From positions 62,001 through 126,000 of IMG/VR virus record IMGVR_UViG_3300037502_002993: 64,000 nt of DNA; one strand, 5' to 3'. Shown here piece by piece: positions 46,220-55,948 of the stretch. Made by a program: the position numbers and the translations under genes. The stretch's first letter is position 1; each line of letters starts with the position of its first letter. The notes under the pieces were generated by a model that saw only the letters and a list, made by a program, of their open reading frames with translations, searched no databases and was not told the origin of the DNA.

Positions 46220-49200
46220 TCAGTTGCCAACAGTCCCTTCGTCATTGACCCAATCCTGAAGGGTTTCGTCGTAGTAGATCCCCATCTCCGCAAAGAGATC
46301 CGCCATGGACTTCGCTGACATCAGGGCGTTGTCATCGGGTTCGACACTACGCACATCCGCAGGAGCGGCTTTGTTGACTTTCACCCACGCATTGCGCTTT
46401 CTGAGGTGGAGTTCTTCCGCGTCTGCTTCAGAGACATCCGGTACCTCAGCGACAGGCAGTGCCCAGCCACCGTCCTGACGAACGTACTGCTGGCCGTCAA
46501 TCGGAGCTTCTGGTACTTCCGCAGTTGGTCTCACCCACTCGCCATCTTTGAGCAGGTATTCCTGACCATCCATGGGTGCGCCAGCCAGGGCATCAAGCAC
46601 CTGCCACTGACCGTCCTTGTAGACGTACTGCTCACCGTCAGCGGGGGGAGCGTAGACATTACCCCCACCCAGATGACCCATTGATGCCCAGGTGGTGTTG
46701 GACGTTTTCTGGAAGTACTCATTGCTGGTGGTGTTGATGGCAAAGTCCCCTACATCCCCCACAATCTGAGTTGGGTTCTGAGGCAGGGCAATCCAGCGTG
46801 AGCCATTCAGGGAGTAAAGCCACTCTTCGACGGTGCCTTCGTAACCAGCCTCAACAGCGACCTGGTAAGCCGACAAACCTTCAGGCCCCCGCATGGATTC
46901 CATCCATTCCTCAAGGGTTCCTGAGAAACCGAGTTCATCCACAGCGATCTGGTAGGCATTCTTCCCTTTCAGGGATTCCAGCCACTCCGCTTCAGTACCA
47001 GTGAAGCCCAGATCAACCGCCTCCTCATAGGCACTTTTACCAGTGTCACCCTTCTCCCCCCGATCTCCAGTGTCACCCTTCTCCCCCTTGGGACCGCGAA
47101 TGGGACCGAGGTTAATCCACCCCCCCTGGACTTCAGACCACATCCAAACATCCTGGTTGACAACGTAGGCCTCACCCTGGAAGTTACCCGGAGTGGGAAG
47201 ATCCTCGAAAGAAGGCAACTCCCCTTGAAGGTCCACAGGCACGGCATTGTCGCCCGGTTCACCTTTTAGAGAGTCAAGCCACTCTGATGGGGAGCCGGTG
47301 AAACCTTCGTTGACGGCTACCTGGTAAGCCGAGAGGCCCTCGGGTCCCACCAGACTCTCAAGCCACTCTGTCTCCGATCCAGTGAACCCCTGAGACACGG
47401 CCAGATCGTAAGCGCTATCCCCTTGGTCGCCTTTGAGTGACGCCAACCACTCCTGTTGGGTACCGCCAAAGCCCTCACTTACGGCAACCGCGTAGGCACT
47501 TTCACCAGGTTCCCCCTTCAAGGAGTTGAGCCATTCGGTCTCGGTACCGACGAACCCATTGAGGAGCGCCACCTCATAGGCCGAGTCGCCCCGAGCCCCC
47601 TTCAAGGAGTCAAGCCACTCTTGTTCAGTCCCCACAAAGCCCAGGTCCACGGCGACCTCGTAAGCAGACTTCCCTTGGATGGACTCCAACCATTCGGCTT
47701 CAGTTCCCTGGAACCCGTTGTCAACAGCAACATCGTAAGCAGAGCGTCCATCCTCACCCCGATCGCCCTTCTCTCCTTTTTCCCCTTGGGCGCCTTTTAC
47801 CTCACCCAAGTCGATCCAGGCATTGCCATTCCATGCGTAGAGGTTTTGACCCACCAGATAACCCTGGCCCAGTTCCCCTTCAGGCGGGAGTTCAGACGGG
47901 TCATCTGCCCCCCCCATAATGGAGAGGTTAGCACCGGGAGGGCCCTCAGGGCCCACTTCGCCCTGATTGCCCTTCTCTCCTTTCTCCCCCTTCAAGGACT
48001 CCAACCATTCCCCACGGGTCCCGGTGAAGCCTTCGGCCTGAGCGACCGCAAACGCATCCTCACCTTTCAGGGACTCAAGCCATTGCCCCTCGGACCCCAC
48101 AAAACCGTTCTCTACAGCAAGCTGATAAGCGCTCTGCCCCACCAGGGAGTTGAGGTACTCCTCTTCCGTTCCTTCGAAGCCATTATCCACCGCGAGTTGA
48201 TAGAGATCTCGACCCACGATGGTACCAGCATCCTGCCACTCTCCAGCCGTCTCAGAGTAGATCCACAATACCCCATTGATAATGTAGGCTGAGAACTCAG
48301 ACACCTCAGGAAGTTCAGACGGATCGGAGAGTACTCCAGTAATAGTCAGGCCATCTCCTTTTGGACCGGGGTTACCGCGATCCCCTTGCGGACCTTTGAG
48401 AGACTCCAACCATTCGGCTTCTGTACCGACGAAACCACTCTGAAGGGCAATCTCGTAGGCACTGGCTCCGTTGAGACTGTCGAGCCAAGCGGTTTCATTT
48501 CCTACAAAACCGTGGTCCACCGCAACGTCGTAGGCGGATTTACCATTCAGGGTGGCCAGGTACTCAGACTCGGTCCCTTGGAACCCATTCTCTACGGCAA
48601 CCTCATAGACGGACTTACCGTCTGCCCCACGCAGTGAAGAGAGCCATTCGGAACGACTGCCGTTAAAGCCATCGTCCAAGGCGACCTCGTAAGCAGACTT
48701 ACCACGCTCACCCTTATCACCGGTATCGCCAGTGTCACCCTTCTCACCTTGGGGGCCCACGACCTCACCGGCATCAAACCAGTCTTCCCCAGTCCAGACC
48801 CAGAGATTACGAACGATAAAGTAAGCATCACCCGGCTCAGCCCCGCCCGGTAGATCGACCTCATCGTTAACTTCTCCCAGAACCTTAATGGCCGCACTGG
48901 GGTCGCCCTTCTCCCCTTTCTCCCCCTGAATGCCCGTATCACCCTTAGGACCCACCAGGGAGTCAAGCCATTCCCCACGGGTACCAGTGAAGCCTTCTTG
49001 GGTGGCAACGGTGTAGGCATCGTTTCCTTTGAGGGAGGTAACCCACTCACTGCGGGTGCCTTGGAAGCCTTGGTCAACGGCGATTTGGTAAGCGTCTTTC
49101 CCCACCAGTGACGCAAGCCACTGCGTTACCGTACCGGAGAAACCTTCCTGCACGGCAAGTTGATATGCAGAGCTCCCTTTCAGGGAATTGAGCCATTGGT

Positions 49201-50125
49201 TCAGTGTACCTTGGAACCCCTGCTGGACAGCAAGCTGGTAAGCGTTCTGACCTGCCGGACCCACTTGACCGACGGGCTCCCATCCTTGACCTTCCCATAC
49301 CCACATCTTGGAATTGATGATGTAGGCATCACCTGCACTGTTGCCTGTCATCGGCAGGAGGGCTTCATCCTGGAAGGACCCGAGAATACGAAGGCCATTA
49401 CCTGCTTTACCCTTCAAGGAATCAAGCCACTGCTCTTCGTTCCCTTCAAAACCATTGCGTTGTGCTACCTCAAAAGCACTTTCACCGCGCTCCCCTTTAA
49501 GGTCCTCTAGCCACTCTTCTACAGTGCCCTCGAAACCTTCCTCGACGGCAATATCGAAGGGGCTCTTGCCTTCTGGACCACGAAGAGACTCTACCCACTC
49601 CTCCTCCTCACCGTCAAAACCAAGCTCAACAGCAATCTCGAAAGCAGACTTACCTTTGAGGGAATCAAGCCAGGTAGTTTCATCTCCCTCGAAGCCGTTC
49701 TCCTGCGCGACCTCAAAGGCAGACTTTCCTTCTGGTCCAACAAGACTGTCAAGCCACTCTTGTTCATCTCCAGTAAAGCCGTTTTCTACCGCAACATCAA
49801 ACGCGGAGCTACCGACCAGGGTGGCGAGCCAGTCTACCTCTGAACCACCGAAGCCTTGTTCCACCGCCACCTGATAGGCGGATTTGCCTTCTTCACCAGG
49901 TTCCCCTTTCAGGGAGTCGAGCCATTCTTGTTTTGTACCAGTAAACCCTTCTTCTACGGCCAGCTCATACGCAGAAGCGCCATCCTGACCGATGGCGACA
50001 AGCTCATCAGGAGACAAGCGCATGTTCTGCCAGGGATCTTGAGGGGACGCGCGGTGGATGATCTCAATCCACACGTCCCCTGTGAGTTGGTTTAAAATAT
50101 CAAACGATGAAGTTCTTCCCGCCAT
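46220..50125 (-). CDS. Collagen-like repeat tail-fibre protein
   Basis: Many SAY(E/Q)xAVxxGFxGTExEWLxSLxG repeats interleaved with Gly-X-Y stretches, Trp-rich modules and C-terminal APxDGxxYxxKDGxW repeats. Confidence 0.8.
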   Translation of the reverse strand: MAGRTSSFDILNQLTGDVWIEIIHRASPQDPWQNMRLSPDELVAIGQDGASAYELAVEEGFTGTKQEWLDSLKGEPGEEGKSAYQVAVEQGFGGSEVDWLATLVGSSAFDVAVENGFTGDEQEWLDSLVGPEGKSAFEVAQENGFEGDETTWLDSLKGKSAFEIAVELGFDGEEEEWVESLRGPEGKSPFDIAVEEGFEGTVEEWLEDLKGERGESAFEVAQRNGFEGNEEQWLDSLKGKAGNGLRILGSFQDEALLPMTGNSAGDAYIINSKMWVWEGQGWEPVGQVGPAGQNAYQLAVQQGFQGTLNQWLNSLKGSSAYQLAVQEGFSGTVTQWLASLVGKDAYQIAVDQGFQGTRSEWVTSLKGNDAYTVATQEGFTGTRGEWLDSLVGPKGDTGIQGEKGEKGDPSAAIKVLGEVNDEVDLPGGAEPGDAYFIVRNLWVWTGEDWFDAGEVVGPQGEKGDTGDTGDKGERGKSAYEVALDDGFNGSRSEWLSSLRGADGKSVYEVAVENGFQGTESEYLATLNGKSAYDVAVDHGFVGNETAWLDSLNGASAYEIALQSGFVGTEAEWLESLKGPQGDRGNPGPKGDGLTITGVLSDPSELPEVSEFSAYIINGVLWIYSETAGEWQDAGTIVGRDLYQLAVDNGFEGTEEEYLNSLVGQSAYQLAVENGFVGSEGQWLESLKGEDAFAVAQAEGFTGTRGEWLESLKGEKGEKGNQGEVGPEGPPGANLSIMGGADDPSELPPEGELGQGYLVGQNLYAWNGNAWIDLGEVKGAQGEKGEKGDRGEDGRSAYDVAVDNGFQGTEAEWLESIQGKSAYEVAVDLGFVGTEQEWLDSLKGARGDSAYEVALLNGFVGTETEWLNSLKGEPGESAYAVAVSEGFGGTQQEWLASLKGDQGDSAYDLAVSQGFTGSETEWLESLVGPEGLSAYQVAVNEGFTGSPSEWLDSLKGEPGDNAVPVDLQGELPSFEDLPTPGNFQGEAYVVNQDVWMWSEVQGGWINLGPIRGPKGEKGDTGDRGEKGDTGKSAYEEAVDLGFTGTEAEWLESLKGKNAYQIAVDELGFSGTLEEWMESMRGPEGLSAYQVAVEAGYEGTVEEWLYSLNGSRWIALPQNPTQIVGDVGDFAINTTSNEYFQKTSNTTWASMGHLGGGNVYAPPADGEQYVYKDGQWQVLDALAGAPMDGQEYLLKDGEWVRPTAEVPEAPIDGQQYVRQDGGWALPVAEVPDVSEADAEELHLRKRNAWVKVNKAAPADVRSVEPDDNALMSAKSMADLFAEMGIYYDETLQDWVNDEGTVGN

Positions 50126-50154
50126 GCTGGTTTACCTCTTTTTAAAATGACTTA

Positions 50155-50376
50155 TTAAAACGTCGACACTTCTGGGGATATTCCCAAACAGCGATTGAGT
50201 TTTTGAAGATCCTCCTCAGAAAAAACTCCAGTGCATGGGAGTTTTAAATCCCGCTGAAAGGCTTTAAGGGAGCTAATGGAGCGTTGATCATGAACACCTG
50301 TCACATAACAGCTGTACCCTAATCGACGCAGTTTGAATTGCATTAGTGTAATGTCGTCGGATGTCATTAGACCCAC
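50155..50376 (-). CDS. Small peptidoglycan-binding domain protein
   Basis: QFKLRRLGY...LKAFQRDLKLPCTG matches the PG_binding_1 pattern. Confidence 0.65.
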   Translation of the reverse strand: MGLMTSDDITLMQFKLRRLGYSCYVTGVHDQRSISSLKAFQRDLKLPCTGVFSEEDLQKLNRCLGISPEVSTF

Positions 50377-50379
50377 CGC

Positions 50380-51252
50380 CTATGCTGCCAACTTCAAATC
50401 GACTACTGTTTTCGAATGTTTGGCAAAAGCCCTTTCTAAACGCACATCGTACGGCGGGTTGTGTTTATCAAAAGCCGGCCCGTTGTAAATTCTGGCATAG
50501 TCCGCCCACGCTTGTGTTCTCAGGGCATTGACCAGGCGACGATCTTTCATGTTGAAACGCACAAACGCATCGAGATGATTACGCTCACTCCGGTGCATCT
50601 CATCCATGTAGTGGACTGCACTTTGGTAATCCAGATGCTGCCAGTGGAAACCCATGATTTGGAAAAGCCCCCAGGACGCCGATTCAATCCCTGAGGGGCG
50701 ATGAATTGCCTTGGCTTGATCCAAACGATCGTATTCTCGCACCCCACCAATGTAACCACCCGTTGCCGTGTTGACGATATTGGGCAGACGCTGAATATGC
50801 GGGGCGGGGTCGATGTTGTGGTGCACCAAACGCCGACGCATGATGTGGCGCTCAAACAGAATCGCAGGTCGGTTGTTGCTGAAGAAACCACTACCGCGTG
50901 ATTCCACCTCGTTAACCGCCATGACGGCCGCCACGGGAACTTGGAGTACCCCTGCTGCCCATACCAGATCGGAGTGTTGCAGGAAACGCGTATTGGGTTT
51001 GGCATTACGCAGTGTGAGGAGAGTCTTCTCCCCCACCTGCCCATCGACCACAAGCTTGTGATCACGCTGAAACTGCATGACGACTGTTTCTGTTTGAGGA
51101 CCGAAAATGCCATCTACTCCGATGGTGTAGCCTAGGCCTCTGAGAAGCTGTTGGACCTCTCTAATGCGGTTTTCATTGGGACCATCACGATCTCCTCGTT
51201 GGAGCATCGGTAAGCGATCAACAACAAAATCCACTTCACTAAACCAGGACAT
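50380..51252 (-). CDS. Modular endolysin: PG-binding domain plus N-acetylmuramidase (DUF3380-like)
   Basis: VQQLLRGLGY..DGIFGP.TE..V..FQ, then VESRGSGF, ILFERH, SASWGLFQIMGFH and YNGP. Confidence 0.9.
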   Translation of the reverse strand: MSWFSEVDFVVDRLPMLQRGDRDGPNENRIREVQQLLRGLGYTIGVDGIFGPQTETVVMQFQRDHKLVVDGQVGEKTLLTLRNAKPNTRFLQHSDLVWAAGVLQVPVAAVMAVNEVESRGSGFFSNNRPAILFERHIMRRRLVHHNIDPAPHIQRLPNIVNTATGGYIGGVREYDRLDQAKAIHRPSGIESASWGLFQIMGFHWQHLDYQSAVHYMDEMHRSERNHLDAFVRFNMKDRRLVNALRTQAWADYARIYNGPAFDKHNPPYDVRLERAFAKHSKTVVDLKLAA

Positions 51253-51255
51253 GGA

Positions 51256-51660
51256 TCACTCCTCCGTTTTTTTGGGATAACGGGAAGGAAAAAACGCACG
51301 GATAAAACCGTAAGTCTCCACCGCCCCGATCATTAAGTAACGTCTCCAGATGGGGACGTCGCTATGCCGTAGAACTCGACGAAAATGGCGATTGGCCTTT
51401 CCCCAACCGTAGCCGTACTCAAGAAGATAGTCATGCACCAGTGTCGCTCTTAGGTAACGACACACCGGAGGAAAGATCACCCATAGCAGACGAAAGACCG
51501 TGGCCCCATCCGACACGAACCCCTTAGGTACATGAATACCATCAATGTGCATGTCGTCATGCAGCTTATACATGACAGGATTGTACCATTTCTCCGGAAT
51601 CAACAGGTCCACCGGTAGGGTATCCACATACCGGCGTCCACTCACAATAAAGGTAGTCAT
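51256..51660 (-). CDS. DUF1353-family protein
   Basis: VPKGFVSDGAT...ATLVHDYL...AN..FR motif. Confidence 0.75.
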   Translation of the reverse strand: MTTFIVSGRRYVDTLPVDLLIPEKWYNPVMYKLHDDMHIDGIHVPKGFVSDGATVFRLLWVIFPPVCRYLRATLVHDYLLEYGYGWGKANRHFRRVLRHSDVPIWRRYLMIGAVETYGFIRAFFPSRYPKKTEE

Positions 51661-51685
51661 CCTTTCCCCCGGTAGTTACCTTACG

Positions 51686-52441
51686 TTATTCGCCAGGAAG
51701 TTCAGCGGCCATGAGGTCTTGATACGCAGACATGAAGGCCTCTGCCAGATCAAGTTCCTGGAGTTCTTCTTCGGTCTCTGCTGCACTGATCAGGTTTTCA
51801 TCCACCAGACGCTCTGCGGAGAAGGAGACCTGCACGTGTGCGGAGGCGAACTGGGCGATCGGGGCGATCTCCTCAAGGGTCACCGCCACCCAACCGGACG
51901 GGGACTTCCAGTCAACGGAACTACGAAGCCCCTCCTTCAGGGTGTTATAAGCATTCCCCAGCTGGGATTGGGATTCCCGCGTGGTGATGACCTTTACCCC
52001 GGTGGGGGTTTCCACACCACCAGTCTCATGGGCAAACCGGACGGCGGCCAGGGCTTCACGCTTGGCTGTTTTAATACGCGCCATACGGGCCTCAGAGACC
52101 TCAGGAGCGTCCTTCAGGGCTTCCAGGTAGGGTACGGTAGACTCTGCCTCTACCACGCCGTACTGGACGTAATCGGAGACCTGAGAAAGATGCTCTTCGG
52201 TAAGGTCTTCCTGACCATTAACTTCATCCAGACGCGCTTGCTGTGCTTCAGTCAGCACAAGGGGTTTGAAGGACAGGCGGTCGTGGTGCCACCACTTGTT
52301 GACAAAGTCACGCCAGTACTGTTCGGTGTCATCGAACTTGACGCGCTTCTCATCACGGTCAAAGAAAGTCGCCTGAAGACGCTTGGGTTCAAACTGCTCG
52401 GTTTCAGCGTTGAACTTGAGGAAAAGGTCGTGCTGTGACAT
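51686..52441 (-). CDS. DUF4376-like tail-fibre assembly chaperone
   Basis: RFAHETGGV...TTRESQ...WK...GWV...VQVSFSAE motif. Start moved to MSQHDLF. Confidence 0.65.
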   Translation of the reverse strand: MSQHDLFLKFNAETEQFEPKRLQATFFDRDEKRVKFDDTEQYWRDFVNKWWHHDRLSFKPLVLTEAQQARLDEVNGQEDLTEEHLSQVSDYVQYGVVEAESTVPYLEALKDAPEVSEARMARIKTAKREALAAVRFAHETGGVETPTGVKVITTRESQSQLGNAYNTLKEGLRSSVDWKSPSGWVAVTLEEIAPIAQFASAHVQVSFSAERLVDENLISAAETEEELQELDLAEAFMSAYQDLMAAELPGE

Positions 52442-52581
52442 GGGCAAGCTCCTAGGGTTTGCGGGATAACACCACGTCGAGGATGCGTGGTGGGGCTTGG
52501 CCTTACAGGCCTCATACTGTAAAGTGGTTATACGGTACGGCATAGCTGCCGCCCAAAGGCGGCCATTATTAATTACCTAAT

Positions 52582-52667
52582 TTAACGTTCCAGGGCTTTA
52601 CTATCACCACAGTTACCCGACAGACCAGTATTACCACAGTTCATACGCAGGTTTCAGACACCAACGC
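52582..52667 (-). repeat. Degenerate DGR template-repeat remnant
   Basis: TGGTGTCTGAAACC..CGTATGAACTGTGGTAATACTGGTCTGTCG aligns with the 3' variable region of 53278-54207 (TGGTGTCAGGAAACC..CGCGTGTATCGTGGTAATTCTGGTGTTACG). Starts about 20 nt after the avd stop. Confidence 0.5.
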
Positions 52668-52686
52668 AAAGTGATATCTCCAATAC

Positions 52687-53034
52687 TCACCTGTCTATAA
52701 TGGCAGTAGTGCCATTGGAGATATCGCTCAATCGACGACTCAACAGGGTGTGAAACTCAATAGAGATGTATTCGTAACGCTTGGCGGTTTGAAAAAGAGC
52801 GGCTAAAAAGTAACACTTACCCCTCACTTCTTTGATGGCGCTGGTGAAATCACGAAGATTACTTTGATAGGGGGCGCTTAAGAGTTTTCCCATGATTTCC
52901 CACAGTGTCAGTTTGATCTGGTTAACAAGAGTCGCCCTCTCTGACCGAGGGAAGTTCTTAAGTGAAGGAACGACCTCGTCAAATAGCATTTCGGTCTGAC
53001 GCATCAAGGTCAGACATTTATCCTCATAATACAT
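52687..53034 (-). CDS. avd: Avd-like four-helix-bundle protein (DGR accessory)
   Basis: 115 aa, helical, with the NFPRSERATLVNQIK motif. Lies directly downstream of an Mtd/CLec-like gene. Confidence 0.65.
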   Translation of the reverse strand: MYYEDKCLTLMRQTEMLFDEVVPSLKNFPRSERATLVNQIKLTLWEIMGKLLSAPYQSNLRDFTSAIKEVRGKCYFLAALFQTAKRYEYISIEFHTLLSRRLSDISNGTTAIIDR

Positions 53035-53277
53035 TCGATATTGCCTTTTTATAGATGGACAATTACATCTTATTATTTAATTGAGTATTTTTTAACTGAG
53101 GTTGGGACCCATGTCCAGGCGTTACTGTACTAAGGGTCCCAACGTACTTACACCTGTAGCTTATTCGGCCTGAAAGGCCAAAGCGGCACGCCCCCACTGG
53201 TGGGCGGTCCGTGTGACGGTGGCGTTATACCGGCACGAGGACTGCACGCCTCCATCGGTGAGCGGTGTGAGTGCCCA

Positions 53278-54207
53278 TCAGTTGTCTAAGATGGGGACGA
53301 GTACCGCTCTCCAACCGAAAAGCGAACCCGCAGACGAAGAGGTAGCGCGAGACAAGTGCGTAACACCAGAATTACCACGATACACGCGCTGGGTGCTGGT
53401 GGCGGGGGTTTCCTGACACCAGTTGGCGCGACCATTGTCGGTACCACGCAATACCAGATCCGCGTCACTGTACTGCGCCCAGCTCCCGAAGGGGGCGGCC
53501 GTGGGGTCGGTGTGCACCGTGGGGTTACTGGTGTCGGTGTGCACACCGGAGTGGATGGGGTACAGTAACCGGTTCCACTCCGACCCATGAGTGGTGGGGA
53601 TGTCCCAGCCCCCGGCATCGGTGGTGGGGTCGGAGGCAGCACCGCGCAGCAGGCGGACTTTAAACTTGTCCAAAAAAACCGATTCTACAACCGGGGCATT
53701 TGCCCCACCATAGACCGCATTGCGGGCGTTAATCTGGTCCCATGAAATAGTGTGGCGGTGAGGCCTCTTTGGTACAAAGAGCGTCTCCCCTCCCAGGTTG
53801 AATTTCAGATACGGAGTATCTGAGTTAAATGCCACACCTGCCGTCAGTCCGATCTTTGCCGCAAGCTCTACCCCATCCATTAACTCACTAGCCAATACCT
53901 CACCGTAGAAGCCCGCGCGGTGATCCCCAGCGATCAATTCTTGAGGACCTGGTCCTGTAAGGATAGGAAGGGCCTTTACCCGTTGTATCCGACTGAAGGC
54001 GCGATCATTCCCTTTAAAACTCTCCAGCAGGTAATAATACTCTTCTCCGCGGGATACCGCCTCATCGCGAAACTGGGTGCTCTCCGCATCGATCTCCGCA
54101 TACGCCTCACTGGGCAGACTGTCGGCATCAAACGGAGTGGCGCTACGCCACACGCGAATGCCATCGTTATTCAGGTTGCGATTGGTAAACCGTAAAGTTA
54201 CAGACAT
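53278..54207 (-). CDS. Ig/FN3-like plus CLec-like receptor-binding protein (putative DGR target)
   Basis: C-terminal WCQE...RVYRG...GWRAVL variable-region architecture; paralogous to 5979-6737 and 54218-55111. Confidence 0.65.
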   Translation of the reverse strand: MSVTLRFTNRNLNNDGIRVWRSATPFDADSLPSEAYAEIDAESTQFRDEAVSRGEEYYYLLESFKGNDRAFSRIQRVKALPILTGPGPQELIAGDHRAGFYGEVLASELMDGVELAAKIGLTAGVAFNSDTPYLKFNLGGETLFVPKRPHRHTISWDQINARNAVYGGANAPVVESVFLDKFKVRLLRGAASDPTTDAGGWDIPTTHGSEWNRLLYPIHSGVHTDTSNPTVHTDPTAAPFGSWAQYSDADLVLRGTDNGRANWCQETPATSTQRVYRGNSGVTHLSRATSSSAGSLFGWRAVLVPILDN

Positions 54208-54217
54208 GTTATCATCC

Positions 54218-55111
54218 TCACGTTAAAAGGGGGGCGTCTGACCAGTTGAAATCATAAATCGTGACAGGTTTTACGTAGTCTGTGGTGTACCAGAGGTTCT
54301 CTAACGGGAACAGAAGATCCTCCAGTGAGATCAGCTCTAACACAGGACGCCAACCTAAGGCAGTTCCCGCACTACTGTTAGCGCTACTGCCGTACGTCGT
54401 GGCATTACTTCCCCCTCGGGTGACACGTGAGGCACTGGCCCCCACCACACTCTCCTGCATCCAACACTGACTGCCATTCCCCGTCAGGCCGAGGTCCGCA
54501 TTACTGAGTGAACCAAGAGATACATCTCCATCACCAGTCGCGGCTACCGCGTTAATCAAGCGGTCCCACTCTCCACCACGTCCATTGGAGGGGTCAGCAT
54601 CACCCCCCGTTAGTAGCCGTAACTTAAAGGCGTAGTTGCCTTTGATCAAGGGGATCAACTGAAGCGTCTCTTCCACCACGGGGTTAGTACCCACGCCACT
54701 TACCCCGTAAACCGCTCCAGCCTGATAAAGCGTCGCCCAACTCACCGAGTGCATGATGGGTTTCTTGGCCACGTACAGGATACGGCCCTGACTGGCAAAC
54801 TTCAACCAGTTCTCGTCACTGTTAATCCCCACCCCACTGGAAATCCCTACTTCAGCAATCAACTCACTTCCCGTAAACAGGATATTGGGTGATACCTCAC
54901 CCAGATACCCCTGTGAGCCAGTTCCTGAAAGAAACTCCTGACCACCGGGTCCTAAATCAAACGCCCGACGACTGGGGAGTTCAAAGCCTCCCTGCGTTTC
55001 TCCATCATAAAACCGTACGGTTTTCTTCTGCACATCTACCGCAATCTGTCCCTTGGGTAAGTTCAAGGCATCAAGCTGTGATGTTGTCCCTCTTAGGTGT
55101 CGTGTTCTCAC
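54218..55111 (-). CDS. Mtd-like receptor-binding protein (Mtd_N plus CLec-like)
   Basis: RHLRGTT...IAVD..KKTVRFYDGETQGGF N-terminus and WMQE...RG...GWRPVLEL motif. Confidence 0.65.
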   Translation of the reverse strand: MRTRHLRGTTSQLDALNLPKGQIAVDVQKKTVRFYDGETQGGFELPSRRAFDLGPGGQEFLSGTGSQGYLGEVSPNILFTGSELIAEVGISSGVGINSDENWLKFASQGRILYVAKKPIMHSVSWATLYQAGAVYGVSGVGTNPVVEETLQLIPLIKGNYAFKLRLLTGGDADPSNGRGGEWDRLINAVAATGDGDVSLGSLSNADLGLTGNGSQCWMQESVVGASASRVTRGGSNATTYGSSANSSAGTALGWRPVLELISLEDLLFPLENLWYTTDYVKPVTIYDFNWSDAPLLT

Positions 55112-55122
55112 GATAACCTCCG

Positions 55123-55707
55123 TTAGTTAACACTACCTTCTTCCAACAGGCGATATTCTCCATTTTCCATCAAACGTGGTTCACCGTCTTCCAAGAGGCG
55201 GGCATTAAATGGAACTACACTCCCCTCACCAAATACAATTCTTATATCAACATAGCTGTACCAGACATAAGAGCCCGGTAGGGCAGTTAAGCGGTATAGG
55301 GTTTCTGTAGCGTCTTCATCGGGACGGATTGTTTGATCACTGAACTCAACATCAGTGGGTTCCAGGTAGAGACGATAACGATCGTTCAATACCCCGATAA
55401 GTTCCGTTTTGGTGATCTCTGACACATCGCTCGGGAGCAAAAGATCAACATGGCCCGTATCGCCCACCTCCATGGCAGTTGCCAGTGATAAGCGACGATA
55501 GAAAAAGGGCTTTTTCACCCCCAGATCCCGATTGTACACCTCAATAAAAGTACGGCCTGGATTGCCCACCATGGGCACATGCATGAGTTCACGAAACTCC
55601 ACATTGCTCTCATACACCCGCCAATGGGGCTTCGAGGCCTGCACCAAAGTAATCAAAGCCTGTAGAGAAGGACGATCATACGGAAAGCGGTCTGCGGAAA
55701 GCGGCAT
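55123..55707 (-). CDS. Probable virion/baseplate protein
   Basis: Start moved to MPLSADRFPY (GAGGA RBS). FFYRRL...LN.RY.L.LEPTDV pattern. Confidence 0.55.
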   Translation of the reverse strand: MPLSADRFPYDRPSLQALITLVQASKPHWRVYESNVEFRELMHVPMVGNPGRTFIEVYNRDLGVKKPFFYRRLSLATAMEVGDTGHVDLLLPSDVSEITKTELIGVLNDRYRLYLEPTDVEFSDQTIRPDEDATETLYRLTALPGSYVWYSYVDIRIVFGEGSVVPFNARLLEDGEPRLMENGEYRLLEEGSVN

Positions 55708-55765
55708 GGGAGGTGTCCTCGTTAATGGGGAAAATCTCGCAGTCATACCATCCGAGTACGGACTC

Positions 55766-55948
55766 TTAGGTACACGGCGGTGTATACGCCAACACGAAGT
55801 AACTCCCAGTCGTACCGCAGTGAAGCATGCGGCATAAATGAAATCCCCGCCCCAGTGCTCCTCGTTGGAGTGGGGCAGGGAAACTCCCGCTAGGGAGTGA
55901 GTGGTACTTAATCGTACACTTGGGAGTGGGGGTCGGTTGTGGGTCCAT
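55766..55948 (-). CDS. Possible small Cys-containing protein
   Basis: 60 aa with a strong GGAGG RBS. Confidence 0.35.
   Translation of the reverse strand: MDPQPTPTPKCTIKYHSLPSGSFPAPLQRGALGRGFHLCRMLHCGTTGSYFVLAYTPPCT

Noticed and set aside
43319-49874. Several long plus-strand and off-frame ORFs over the fibre genes
   Set aside because: Products of codon periodicity in repetitive coding sequence.
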